From: an uncultured Gammaproteobacteria bacterium
GTDB taxonomy: Bacteria; Patescibacteriota; Patescibacteriia; Veblenbacterales; UBA10138
Length of the DNA stretch: 64,000 nt
Direction of reading: 5' to 3'
NCBI GenBank assembly: GCA_964348825.1
Contig: CAYGDX010000002.1
Coordinates: 80,609 to 144,608 of the forward strand
Position 1 is the first letter of the stretch; each line of letters opens with the position of its first letter. Under the pieces are notes generated by a model, which did no database searches, was not told where the DNA came from, and worked only from the letters and a program-made list of their open reading frames with translations. Below, one piece after another: positions 31,482 to 39,448 of this stretch. The position numbers and the translations under genes are program-made.

Positions 31482-31984
31482 AAGTGGTTTTTATTTATAG
31501 TACAATATTGTCTGCTATAAATTGCAAGTTGTTGGTTGTGACAACTAAAAAGCCCCATCCGAGCTTGATACAAATTGGAATCCCTGCTTATCAAGTGGGC
31601 AAGCCGCGGGTAGCGCTATAAAAAGCCAATTTATTTTTTGCCTTTTATTCGCTAACCTCGCGCTCGCGAGCCGCTGGGTATGTTCTCCGTTTGCATCCTA
31701 AAACGCAAACTATCTGAACTCCCAAAACAACAAGGTTGTAGAAATCAATTGGGTATCAAGCTAATTGGATAGAGCTATTTTCATTATACACCTAAAAATA
31801 TCCTATATAAACCTTAAAAAATATTAATTTAGCTAATTTTAGCCAAATTTTTATCCACAATCCCATATCTTAGCCAAAAATACCACCCACCAAAACTATA
31901 AATAATTTTTTAATAAATACTAATTTATGAAGTTGATTAAAAATTTTATAATTCCAATCAACCTCATGATAAATATTTATTAAT

Positions 31985-33196
31985 TTACAAAGACAATTTT
32001 TCTGCTATATAATCAACGTCTTTATCTCCCCGACCCGACAAGTTAACTATTACTACTTCACTATTTAACAAAGTCGGGGCCATTTTAATAATATATGCAA
32101 CAGCGTGGGAACTTTCTAACGCTGGAATTATTCCTTCTACTTTAGATAATTGCTGAAAAGCATCAATTGCTTCTTGATCGCTGACTGTAACATATTTTAC
32201 TCTTCCATTTTCTAATAAATCAGCGTGAATAGGCCCAACACCTGGATAATCTAAACCAGAAGCTATTGAATGAACCGGTAGTGGCTCTCCTTTATCATTT
32301 TGTAATAAATAAGTATACATGCCATGAATTGTGCCGGGCTTGCCTTTTGTTAAAGTGGCGGCATGTTCACCAGGTTTAAAACTACGCCCACTTGGCTCTA
32401 CTCCGATCATTTTTACATCATCATCTAAAAATTCGTTAAACAAACCAATTGCATTTGACCCGCCGCCCACACAAGCAACTAAATAATCGGGCAAACGATT
32501 TATTAATTCTAATATCTGTTTTCTGGCTTCACGGCCAACTATTGATTGAAAATCTCTTATCATCATAGGATAAGGGTGCGGCCCTACTACAGAACCAATA
32601 GCAAAAAACGTATCCTTATAATTCTGCAAGTAAGAAGCAAAAGCACTATCCACTGCGTCTTTTAAAGATCTCCCACCTTGATCAACCGGAACCACCTTAG
32701 CACCTAAAAGTTTCATACGAATAACATTGGGGTGCTGTTTGGCGATATCAATTGTTCCCATGTGAATTTCACAATCTAATCCCATAATTGCCGCAGCAGT
32801 AGCCACAGCTACACCATGTTGGCCAGCGCCAGTTTCAGCTAAAAGTTTTTTCTTTCCCATACGTTTAGCCAATAACGCTTCGCCTAAAGTATGATTTATT
32901 TTATGCGCACCAGTATGATTTAAATCTTCACGCTTAAAATAAATCTTCGCTCCCCCCAATTGCTCACTTAAACGCTTAGCAAAATATAGTGGCGAAGGTC
33001 TACCCACATAAGTACTCAAAAGTAATTTGAATTCATTTTGAAGACTTAAATCATTTTTAAACTCTTGATATGCTTCGGTTACTTCATCTAGAGCTAGTTT
33101 TAATTCTGGTGGAATAAATTGCCCGCCATATTTACCAAAGTATCCTTGACTATTAGGTAAAAATTTAAGTGATTCTTTTTTTTGATTGTTAAACAT
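31985..33196 (-). CDS. trpB: tryptophan synthase beta chain, stand-alone TrpB2-type
   Basis: PLP-enzyme motifs ([16 protein letters not shown]). 403 aa with a TrpB2-like N-extension. No other trp genes nearby. Confidence 0.8.
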   Translation of the reverse strand: MFNNQKKESLKFLPNSQGYFGKYGGQFIPPELKLALDEVTEAYQEFKNDLSLQNEFKLLLSTYVGRPSPLYFAKRLSEQLGGAKIYFKREDLNHTGAHKINHTLGEALLAKRMGKKKLLAETGAGQHGVAVATAAAIMGLDCEIHMGTIDIAKQHPNVIRMKLLGAKVVPVDQGGRSLKDAVDSAFASYLQNYKDTFFAIGSVVGPHPYPMMIRDFQSIVGREARKQILELINRLPDYLVACVGGGSNAIGLFNEFLDDDVKMIGVEPSGRSFKPGEHAATLTKGKPGTIHGMYTYLLQNDKGEPLPVHSIASGLDYPGVGPIHADLLENGRVKYVTVSDQEAIDAFQQLSKVEGIIPALESSHAVAYIIKMAPTLLNSEVVIVNLSGRGDKDVDYIAEKLSL

Positions 33197-33249
33197 AAAA
33201 TAAAATTAATAATAAAAAACTATAACCAAAGCCGCCAACAATAAGTGGC

Positions 33250-33345
33250 TTTATTTAAAAAACTGTAACGACGAAAAAATAAATTATTCATAATAAAACA
33301 CCTTCCACTTAAAAGTAAAAGGTGTGAATTTAAGATTTATTAATA
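33250..33345 (-). promoter_or_regulatory. attenuator-like leader upstream of trpB with mutually exclusive hairpins
   Basis: On the mRNA: AAAGGUGUG...CACACCUUU...AAGGUGUU followed by a U-run. The middle segment can pair either upstream (antiterminator-like) or downstream (terminator). Confidence 0.4.
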
Positions 33346-33404
33346 ATAAAACTACCCACACCTTTCGATTGGGTACCACCAATTTAATTTTAATTGATAA
33401 ATAA

Positions 33405-33725
33405 TCATACCTTAATTTTACTTAAAACTTTTTTAAACCCACCTGATTTACTATATTTCAATTCCCGCGCACCGCGACTTATGGTAGCTACTGCCACACC
33501 TAATCGATCACTCACTTCACGTATCGATAAACCTTTACAAAGTAATTTTACGATTTGCCAACGCAACGATAATTCGTTGTACTCTTTTGGCGTTAATAAA
33601 TCAGACAAAAAACTTTCTAGTTCCACTGTCGAAGAAAAATTACTTAACAAATTAGTAATTTCTCGACGAAATAACTCTTGTTTATATGATTGATTTTTAA
33701 CTAATTCTCTTCTACTCATACACAA
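33405..33725 (-). CDS. TrpR-like YerC/YecD family DNA-binding protein
   Basis: LTPKEYNELSLRWQIVKLL...GLSIREVSDRLGVAVATISRGAREL fits the Trp_repressor/YerC family. Immediately upstream of trpB on the same strand. Confidence 0.7.
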   Translation of the reverse strand: MCMSRRELVKNQSYKQELFRREITNLLSNFSSTVELESFLSDLLTPKEYNELSLRWQIVKLLCKGLSIREVSDRLGVAVATISRGARELKYSKSGGFKKVLSKIKV

Positions 33726-33761
33726 ACTTTAAATAATACATAGTTAATTATATTATTATCA

Positions 33762-33777
33762 CTGTACTAGTACAGTA
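33762..33777. promoter_or_regulatory. perfect 16-bp palindrome ACTGTACTAGTACAGT (trp-operator-like ACTAGT half-sites) upstream of the yerC-like gene
   Basis: Lies about 40 bp upstream of the regulator start. Contains GTACTAGTAC, resembling TrpR operator half-sites. Confidence 0.45.
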
Positions 33778-33939
33778 GCATGGGAACTTTAATAAGTCAA
33801 ACAATAATTGTGGATAATACTAATACCTAACTTAATTAAACAATTCTATCAACCAATAAGTTATAATCCACTTAAATAAAAACAACGGCCAATACATTTT
33901 TACCAGAAGTGATATTTTATTAAATTTACTAAACAAAAT

Positions 33940-33970
33940 AAAAAAGGCAATCAGAGATCAATTGCCTTAA
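33940..33970 (-). terminator. rho-independent terminator after the small-ORF cluster
   Basis: aaggcaat-N9-attgcctt stem followed on the minus strand by a U-run. Confidence 0.45.
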
Positions 33971-34003
33971 AAGATTATGTTAATTATTTTTGTTTTAAAA
34001 ATA

Positions 34004-34192
34004 TTACTCAATGTAGGGTCGAAATTGTTCCAGATAATATTCATCATCAAGTAAATCATTTGCATTAACGATCAACGCGCGGCTTGGGTTACAACAGATA
34101 CAAAAATTTCCCAATTGTTGTCGATCGTTACTACTGTATCCCCTTCCACTTTCCGGACATTTCCATTCTTCATTTGGAGATTTAATGCTCAT
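34004..34192 (-). CDS. small Cys-containing hypothetical protein (62 aa; CPESG...CICC)
   Basis: ORF, last of three tightly packed minus-strand small ORFs. Confidence 0.4.
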   Translation of the reverse strand: MSIKSPNEEWKCPESGRGYSSNDRQQLGNFCICCNPSRALIVNANDLLDDEYYLEQFRPYIE

Positions 34193-34208
34193 TACTTTCT
34201 CCTTTTTA

Positions 34209-34520
34209 TTACATATGAATTGTTAACTCTTCGCGGTGTACTTGCGGTTGTAATAATACAGGTGATTTTAATGACGATAAATTAAACAAATCTTCACTCG
34301 TTCTTATTGTTTGTTCGTCTATTTCATCATCTTCTGCAATTAGTGGCTGGTGTTTGTGGGTGCAAGCCGATCCAAAAATACCACCCAACCTACTCGTATC
34401 AAAACCTTGAAAGAAAAAACTACACCCTTGATGTAAACATAAAGTAATATTTTTTTCTTTATCAAAGGCAACCGAATGGCCTAAAATTCCACCTATTTTT
34501 TGATATCTCTTTTCTTCCAT
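34209..34520 (-). CDS. hypothetical protein with Cys/His cluster (103 aa)
   Basis: ORF. The stop abuts the upstream ORF (34522). Confidence 0.4.
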   Translation of the reverse strand: MEEKRYQKIGGILGHSVAFDKEKNITLCLHQGCSFFFQGFDTSRLGGIFGSACTHKHQPLIAEDDEIDEQTIRTSEDLFNLSSLKSPVLLQPQVHREELTIHM

Positions 34521-34521
34521 A

Positions 34522-34710
34522 CTATTCTGCCCCCTCCTGATCAGAATCAGGAAAAGTTTGTTTTGGTGGTTGAGGTGGTAATTCAGATTTTAGATCTAAA
34601 TCATCACCTGATGTATTGTTATAATGTTTCATAAAGTTTTCCTTTTGTTTTTTTTGGTTTTTAATTTTACTAATTAAATTGTTAAAAAACTGTTTTGGTA
34701 AAAAATTCAA
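34522..34710 (-). CDS. small hypothetical protein with acidic Pro-rich tail (62 aa, or 36 aa from internal Met)
   Basis: ORF, preceded by a hairpin at 34716-34746. Confidence 0.35.
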   Translation of the reverse strand: MNFLPKQFFNNLISKIKNQKKQKENFMKHYNNTSGDDLDLKSELPPQPPKQTFPDSDQEGAE

Positions 34711-34974
34711 CCACTCTTAGACAAGAGCGGTTGAAGGTAATTTTGAATTTATAATTATGCTTAATTTATACCTCGTCGCTCATTTTTGTGAATATCAAGA
34801 ATCAAACCATAAATCATGGCTTGCTTGACTACGAGCGGATTGATATTAAAACTTTGCATATCTAAAATAGAGATTAACATAAATAAAAAAATATGTAAAG
34901 CTCAAACTTATCCACAGAATAAAATAAAAAAGAGATGATACGCACCACCTCTTTTTAAAAATTATTTTTATTCC

Positions 34975-36048
34975 TTACCCAAGCCCGAGCACCTTTACCA
35001 TTTGCTTCACTAGCGAAACTACAATCGGTGGTGGTAGCAAACTATAACTATCTACTCCCGCATCATCTTTAATAGTCCAACGCGATTCTTTCACTATTAC
35101 TTTACCGCCCTCGCCCATTTCATAATCATAGCCCGGTGTAATTTCATAATCATTCACGCTTGCCTCACCTTCCTCAACTGGAATAGCATTGCGCAAATAA
35201 ATTTTCGGAATACCATGAAGCCCTAAAAGCTGTTGCATAATTTTATCATCCATTTCCAAACGCTCACGAATTGGATCAATACCTAAATTATCACCTTCTT
35301 TAGGCACCATTCGCGCACCGGCGCAAACCGGATTATCACATTTCAAGTAAAATTCCTTAGTTGCTTCATCGTACCCAGCATCTTTGGTCGCCATTAATTT
35401 TAAGTTGCGTGGTGTTTTACAAAGTGGACAAATCACGCGGTACTTAATGCGCTCGTTAATTACCGTATTAGGTAAGCTAATAAAAACCAGAAAATCTGGA
35501 TCCTCGCGGTAGCCAATTATTTCTTTAAGGAATAAAGCGTAGCTCACTTGATCCATAGCGCGTGGAAAACCATCAATAAAAATGGCTTGCTTAGGGCGCT
35601 TGGAAATTTCGTATTTAATTAAAGTTAAAATAAGTTCAGATGATACGAGTTTAGATTGACTGCGACCTAAAATAAGATCAATGGTTTCTTCTGGTGAATG
35701 AAAGCCACGATAATTATTTTTAATAAACTCTACCAACTCTTTCTGACCCTCAGGTGTTTCTACTAAATGATGTGCGTCGCGCACGATATCGCCCACTGAC
35801 AAATGACCGACATTACTTGCGCCCACCGCTTCCATAAATAATTTAGAATATGTACCCTTGCCGGAATTTTTTTTACCCAAGAGGAAAGCGACAAAAGTTT
35901 TACCTTCATCTAAATATTTTTTGATAAGCTTAAGCTCGGCACCCATTTTCAAATCAAAATAATCCCGTCGGCTTTTCGGATCATTCAAATCAAATCGCGG
36001 ACTACCTTCTAACTTCGTCTTAAAAACTGGAAAATTATTCAAATCCAT
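34975..36048 (-). CDS. long adenylate-kinase-fold NMP kinase paralog with N- and C-terminal extensions
   Basis: P-loop GKKNSGKGT, NMP-binding VGDIVRDA, IDGFPR, and Cys4 lid (CPLCK...CDNPVCAG), plus ~55-aa N-terminal and ~100-aa C-terminal extra regions. Confidence 0.65.
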   Translation of the reverse strand: MDLNNFPVFKTKLEGSPRFDLNDPKSRRDYFDLKMGAELKLIKKYLDEGKTFVAFLLGKKNSGKGTYSKLFMEAVGASNVGHLSVGDIVRDAHHLVETPEGQKELVEFIKNNYRGFHSPEETIDLILGRSQSKLVSSELILTLIKYEISKRPKQAIFIDGFPRAMDQVSYALFLKEIIGYREDPDFLVFISLPNTVINERIKYRVICPLCKTPRNLKLMATKDAGYDEATKEFYLKCDNPVCAGARMVPKEGDNLGIDPIRERLEMDDKIMQQLLGLHGIPKIYLRNAIPVEEGEASVNDYEITPGYDYEMGEGGKVIVKESRWTIKDDAGVDSYSLLPPPIVVSLVKQMVKVLGLG

Positions 36049-36154
36049 AAATATTAGTTAAAAATAAAAATACTTAGCGTTTATATGTTAACATAAAATA
36101 AATAAAAAGCAAGCGGTGAATTTTCACCGCTTGAATATTGTTTAGAATGTTTAT

Positions 36155-36514
36155 TCACCCCTTACGTATGGCAAGAACTTTATTAAGAGCTTCTCTTACT
36201 GTTTGTTCATTAAAATTACCACGTTGTAAATATGGCATAGCCCCGGGCGGATTACTATCCACATCCATAAAAATAACTTGCGCTCTTTCTTCATTCAAAC
36301 GTAAAGCGTATTCGGTAATCCATTCCGGTTGACCTTCTCTAGTAGAACAAATAACAACATCGAACTCTTGTTTAGTGTGAATAACCGATTCTACTTTAAA
36401 AGGATCATCACAAAATGTTACCGCGTGCCCTAATTTTTTATTTAATACCGTTTGAGCTGTTTCTCGCCATTGTTGTTTTTCTTCAAGAAATAATATTTTT
36501 AAACTTTTATTCAT
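36155..36514 (-). CDS. degenerate CheY-like receiver (pseudo-receiver) domain protein
   Basis: Receiver-like beta-alpha pattern (KILFLEE, DVVICS), but the phospho-acceptor Asp positions are substituted. Confidence 0.4.
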   Translation of the reverse strand: MNKSLKILFLEEKQQWRETAQTVLNKKLGHAVTFCDDPFKVESVIHTKQEFDVVICSTREGQPEWITEYALRLNEERAQVIFMDVDSNPPGAMPYLQRGNFNEQTVREALNKVLAIRKG

Positions 36515-36591
36515 TATTTTACCTTTGTTGTTTATTTTGATTATTTTTGATTTTGTTATTTTTTAAAGTTTATCTAACAATTAAACTAAAG

Positions 36592-37452
36592 TCAACGCCT
36601 CACCCATACCTCCCCATTACTCTTAAACCTAATATCCCCTTCTTCATCTGTCCGCAAAACATTTGGGATTAAGTTTTTCAAACGCTCCACAACTTCTTGA
36701 TGTGGATGGCCATAGCGATTACCACTACCCACTGGAATTATGGCGTAGTCCGGTGCCACCGCTTTTAAAAATTCTGGGCTAGATGACGTGCGGCTACCTT
36801 GATGCGCTACTTTTAAAATTTGAGATTTAACATTATAACCCGCGGCTAAAATTGCGCCTTCATTTTTTACTGGCGTATCGCCCGTAAATAAAACTGAAGT
36901 TTTGCCATAATTCACGCGATTCATAATTGACGTATCATTCAGCTCCCCTACTTTTTGCCCTTCATAAGAAAATGGTGGCCAAAATACATCCATTGTTACG
37001 CCACCAGCAAATTTTATCAGCTGACCTTGCTGTGGGCTAATCACGGAAATTTTTTTATCTTTTATAATTCGTAAAAATTCCAAATACTCCGGCGTAGTGT
37101 GTAGTGCGCCAGTCAGCATTACTTGCTTCACTTCATAGCGATTTAGTATATGAACGAGCCCAGTTACGTGGTCGGCGTGCGGATGCGATAAAATCATTAA
37201 ATCAATCGTACGCTCGTACCAAGGTAAAATTTGCCCTAATTTTCTAAGTATACCCCGATCCGGCCCACCATCTATTAAAATTACTTGCCCCGCCGGCGTA
37301 CGCACTACATGAGCATCACCTTGACCAACATCAATAAAAGTGAGCTGGAGATATTTGTTTTGTGATTGTTGGTAGAAAAATATAGATAACAAAACAATAA
37401 CGATTGCTATGGCGAGATATAAAAATCTTCTTGAAATTATAAATTTTATCAT
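36592..37452 (-). CDS. ComEC C-terminal metallo-beta-lactamase domain protein (split from ComEC), N-terminal TM anchor
   Basis: HPHADHVTG (HxHxDH) MBL motif. Lies directly downstream of the ComEC membrane-domain gene. Confidence 0.7.
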   Translation of the reverse strand: MIKFIISRRFLYLAIAIVIVLLSIFFYQQSQNKYLQLTFIDVGQGDAHVVRTPAGQVILIDGGPDRGILRKLGQILPWYERTIDLMILSHPHADHVTGLVHILNRYEVKQVMLTGALHTTPEYLEFLRIIKDKKISVISPQQGQLIKFAGGVTMDVFWPPFSYEGQKVGELNDTSIMNRVNYGKTSVLFTGDTPVKNEGAILAAGYNVKSQILKVAHQGSRTSSSPEFLKAVAPDYAIIPVGSGNRYGHPHQEVVERLKNLIPNVLRTDEEGDIRFKSNGEVWVRR

Positions 37453-37672
37453 GATAATTTTTGCAAATATCTAATTTCTAATCACTAATTTCTAAAAATG
37501 ACTAATATCTAATAACTAAATTTTGGGGATTGGGTTTTGGGATTTTTTAGAAATTAGTCCGCCAGCTGGTGGATTAGTCATTAGTGATTTATTATTTCTG
37601 GATTCCCGCCTACGCGGGAATGACAACTACTATAACTCTTACCTGCCTCGCCGGCAGGCAGGATCTCCACTC

Positions 37673-39091
37673 TTATTTATCCGCCGATGAGGCGCGACTC
37701 TTACTTAATATCCACTTCCCTCCTATTATATAGATTATTATCACCACCAGCCACACCCAAATTGATCCGCCAACTTGTGCATTAGGTAACTGCCCAAACC
37801 ATTCCACAATAAAAACAATATAAGCTAGGGCGAAAGTTGAAAGCCAAATTGCCATAGCGCCCAAAAGTGGCCACGTTGCTACTACCGTTGTAATTAAACC
37901 TAAAATAAATACGGTGGCAACTACCGGCCCCACTAATAAATTTACCACCACACTAACGAGCGACACTTGATCTAAGCGTAATAAAATAATGGGCAAAGTA
38001 ACAAGTGTAGCCGAAATAGTTTGTAAAAAAATTTCTTTTAAATTTATTAGGTCAGGTAATTTTTTAAAAATATTTTCAAGTTTTGGTGCCAGTACTGTTA
38101 AGCCAATCATAGCGGCAAAGGAAAGTTCAAATCCTAAATCTAAAATCAAACGTGGATCAAATAAAAGCATCGTGGCTGCCGCACCAAGTAAAATATTCCA
38201 CGGTTCACTTTTCCGACCTACTAAATGCCCAAATTGAATTAACGATGCCATAATACCAGCGCGCAGTACCGCTGGCTCTGCGCCAGTAAAAACCACAAAC
38301 AAAGCAATTAAACTAATTACCACTATACTTGCTTGCCTGCGCCATAAACCTATTCCTAAAAATAAATAAAATAAAATTTGACTAAGCACCATTACATTAA
38401 AGCCCGACACTGCTAAAATATGTGAGGTGCCAGTGGTGCGGAAACTTTGCAATAAATCTTTGGGTAATCCAGCATCGTCACCCCACAGCATTCCAGTGAG
38501 TAAAGAAGCGTATGGTTCAGCTAAATTTGATTTGATAGTTACCCCAGCTAAATCACGAGCTTGAAGTAAAGTACGTTTTAAACTCCATTTGCCATCACTT
38601 AGGAAAGATAAATCAGGAAAAGCACATTCGCGATAAATATTTTTTAAACGATAATAATCAGCGGTAATTTCGGTTACATTTTTACAACGCACTTTTATCT
38701 CTTGCCCAAAATAAAATTCAGGAAATGGTTTAGTAGTCAATTGAATTTTACCAACACTAAAACCAGGTGACGATACCACATAACGAATTATTTTATCACC
38801 CGCTCGCGGCGCCGCTATAATTTCCGCTGTAAATTCACGTGGACCAACAAAAATATCAGCTGGCGGAGCAATAGGTAAATATAAAGCCCGCCACCAAAGT
38901 ATAGTTGCGGCCAGTAATCCTAAAATAAAAAGCTGGCGTGGTGCCAGCTTTAAACTCATAAAAATTATAGCGGTGATTATTAGCAATACCCACCACCAAC
39001 TTAAATTATAAAACGACCACCAGTTGAATAATAACGCGCCGACTATAATTCCTATGGCTGCAGTGCGGAATATAATAGAAGGATGATGCAT
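37673..39091 (-). CDS. comEC: ComEC/Rec2 DNA internalisation channel, membrane portion (DUF4131 + competence domain)
   Basis: 472 aa polytopic membrane protein with the ComEC competence-domain pattern. Lacks the C-terminal MBL domain, which is encoded separately. Confidence 0.7.
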   Translation of the reverse strand: MHHPSIIFRTAAIGIIVGALLFNWWSFYNLSWWWVLLIITAIIFMSLKLAPRQLFILGLLAATILWWRALYLPIAPPADIFVGPREFTAEIIAAPRAGDKIIRYVVSSPGFSVGKIQLTTKPFPEFYFGQEIKVRCKNVTEITADYYRLKNIYRECAFPDLSFLSDGKWSLKRTLLQARDLAGVTIKSNLAEPYASLLTGMLWGDDAGLPKDLLQSFRTTGTSHILAVSGFNVMVLSQILFYLFLGIGLWRRQASIVVISLIALFVVFTGAEPAVLRAGIMASLIQFGHLVGRKSEPWNILLGAAATMLLFDPRLILDLGFELSFAAMIGLTVLAPKLENIFKKLPDLINLKEIFLQTISATLVTLPIILLRLDQVSLVSVVVNLLVGPVVATVFILGLITTVVATWPLLGAMAIWLSTFALAYIVFIVEWFGQLPNAQVGGSIWVWLVVIIIYIIGGKWILSKSRASSADK

Positions 39092-39119
39092 AATGTTTAA
39101 ATCCCAATTTTAGACGTTG

Positions 39120-39395
39120 TGCCGCCCTGTCGTAGGGTTTGTACAGAGCGCAAGGCAAACGAGCTTTAGGTCAGGCCGTGTTTGTGGTCGCTTGGCACCC
39201 GCCTGCCGAAGCTGTTTCCCCAAGTTAACGTACGATGATTAGTATACTTTAGTTAATTATTAGAAATACTGAAACCAAGTTGGGCTAGCGGCGGGCAGGT
39301 AGCCCAAGCCAGCTTGTTTGACGAGCACTGTTCAAACCCGGAGACCGAAGCGGCGATTTTGTGTTACTTTATAAAAAGTAACAAAATAAAAACTA
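39120..39395. repeat. GC-rich TIR element (MITE-like), copy B (longer, with internal insert)
   Basis: Shares cgtcgtagggtttgtacagagcg...gacgagcactgttcaaacccggagaccgaagcggcgattttgtgttactttataaaaagtaac with copies A and C. Confidence 0.55.
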
Positions 39396-39448
39396 ATCTT
39401 AATTTACTAGATTCCCGCCTCCGCGGGAATGACAACCTATTATGACTC

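Noticed and set aside
31331-31594. 87-aa minus-strand ORF in the track
   Set aside because: Overlaps the tRNA-Pro gene and its flanking helix, so it is almost certainly spurious.
33365-33380. T-box-like core (mRNA GGUGGUACC) in the yerC-trpB spacer
   Set aside because: Only 9 of 12 nt of the T-box consensus match. The site lies at the 5' end of the leader rather than within the antiterminator bulge, and no Stem I or specifier loop is evident. Retained only as a weak possibility within the attenuator finding.
31853-34914. Perfect DnaA-box 9-mers TTATCCACA at ~31853, ~33803 (minus) and ~34906 as a possible oriC
   Set aside because: Isolated single boxes hundreds of bp apart, with no cluster, AT-rich DUE or dnaA/dnaN nearby. 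Chance occurrence is plausible in 64 kb of AT-rich DNA.
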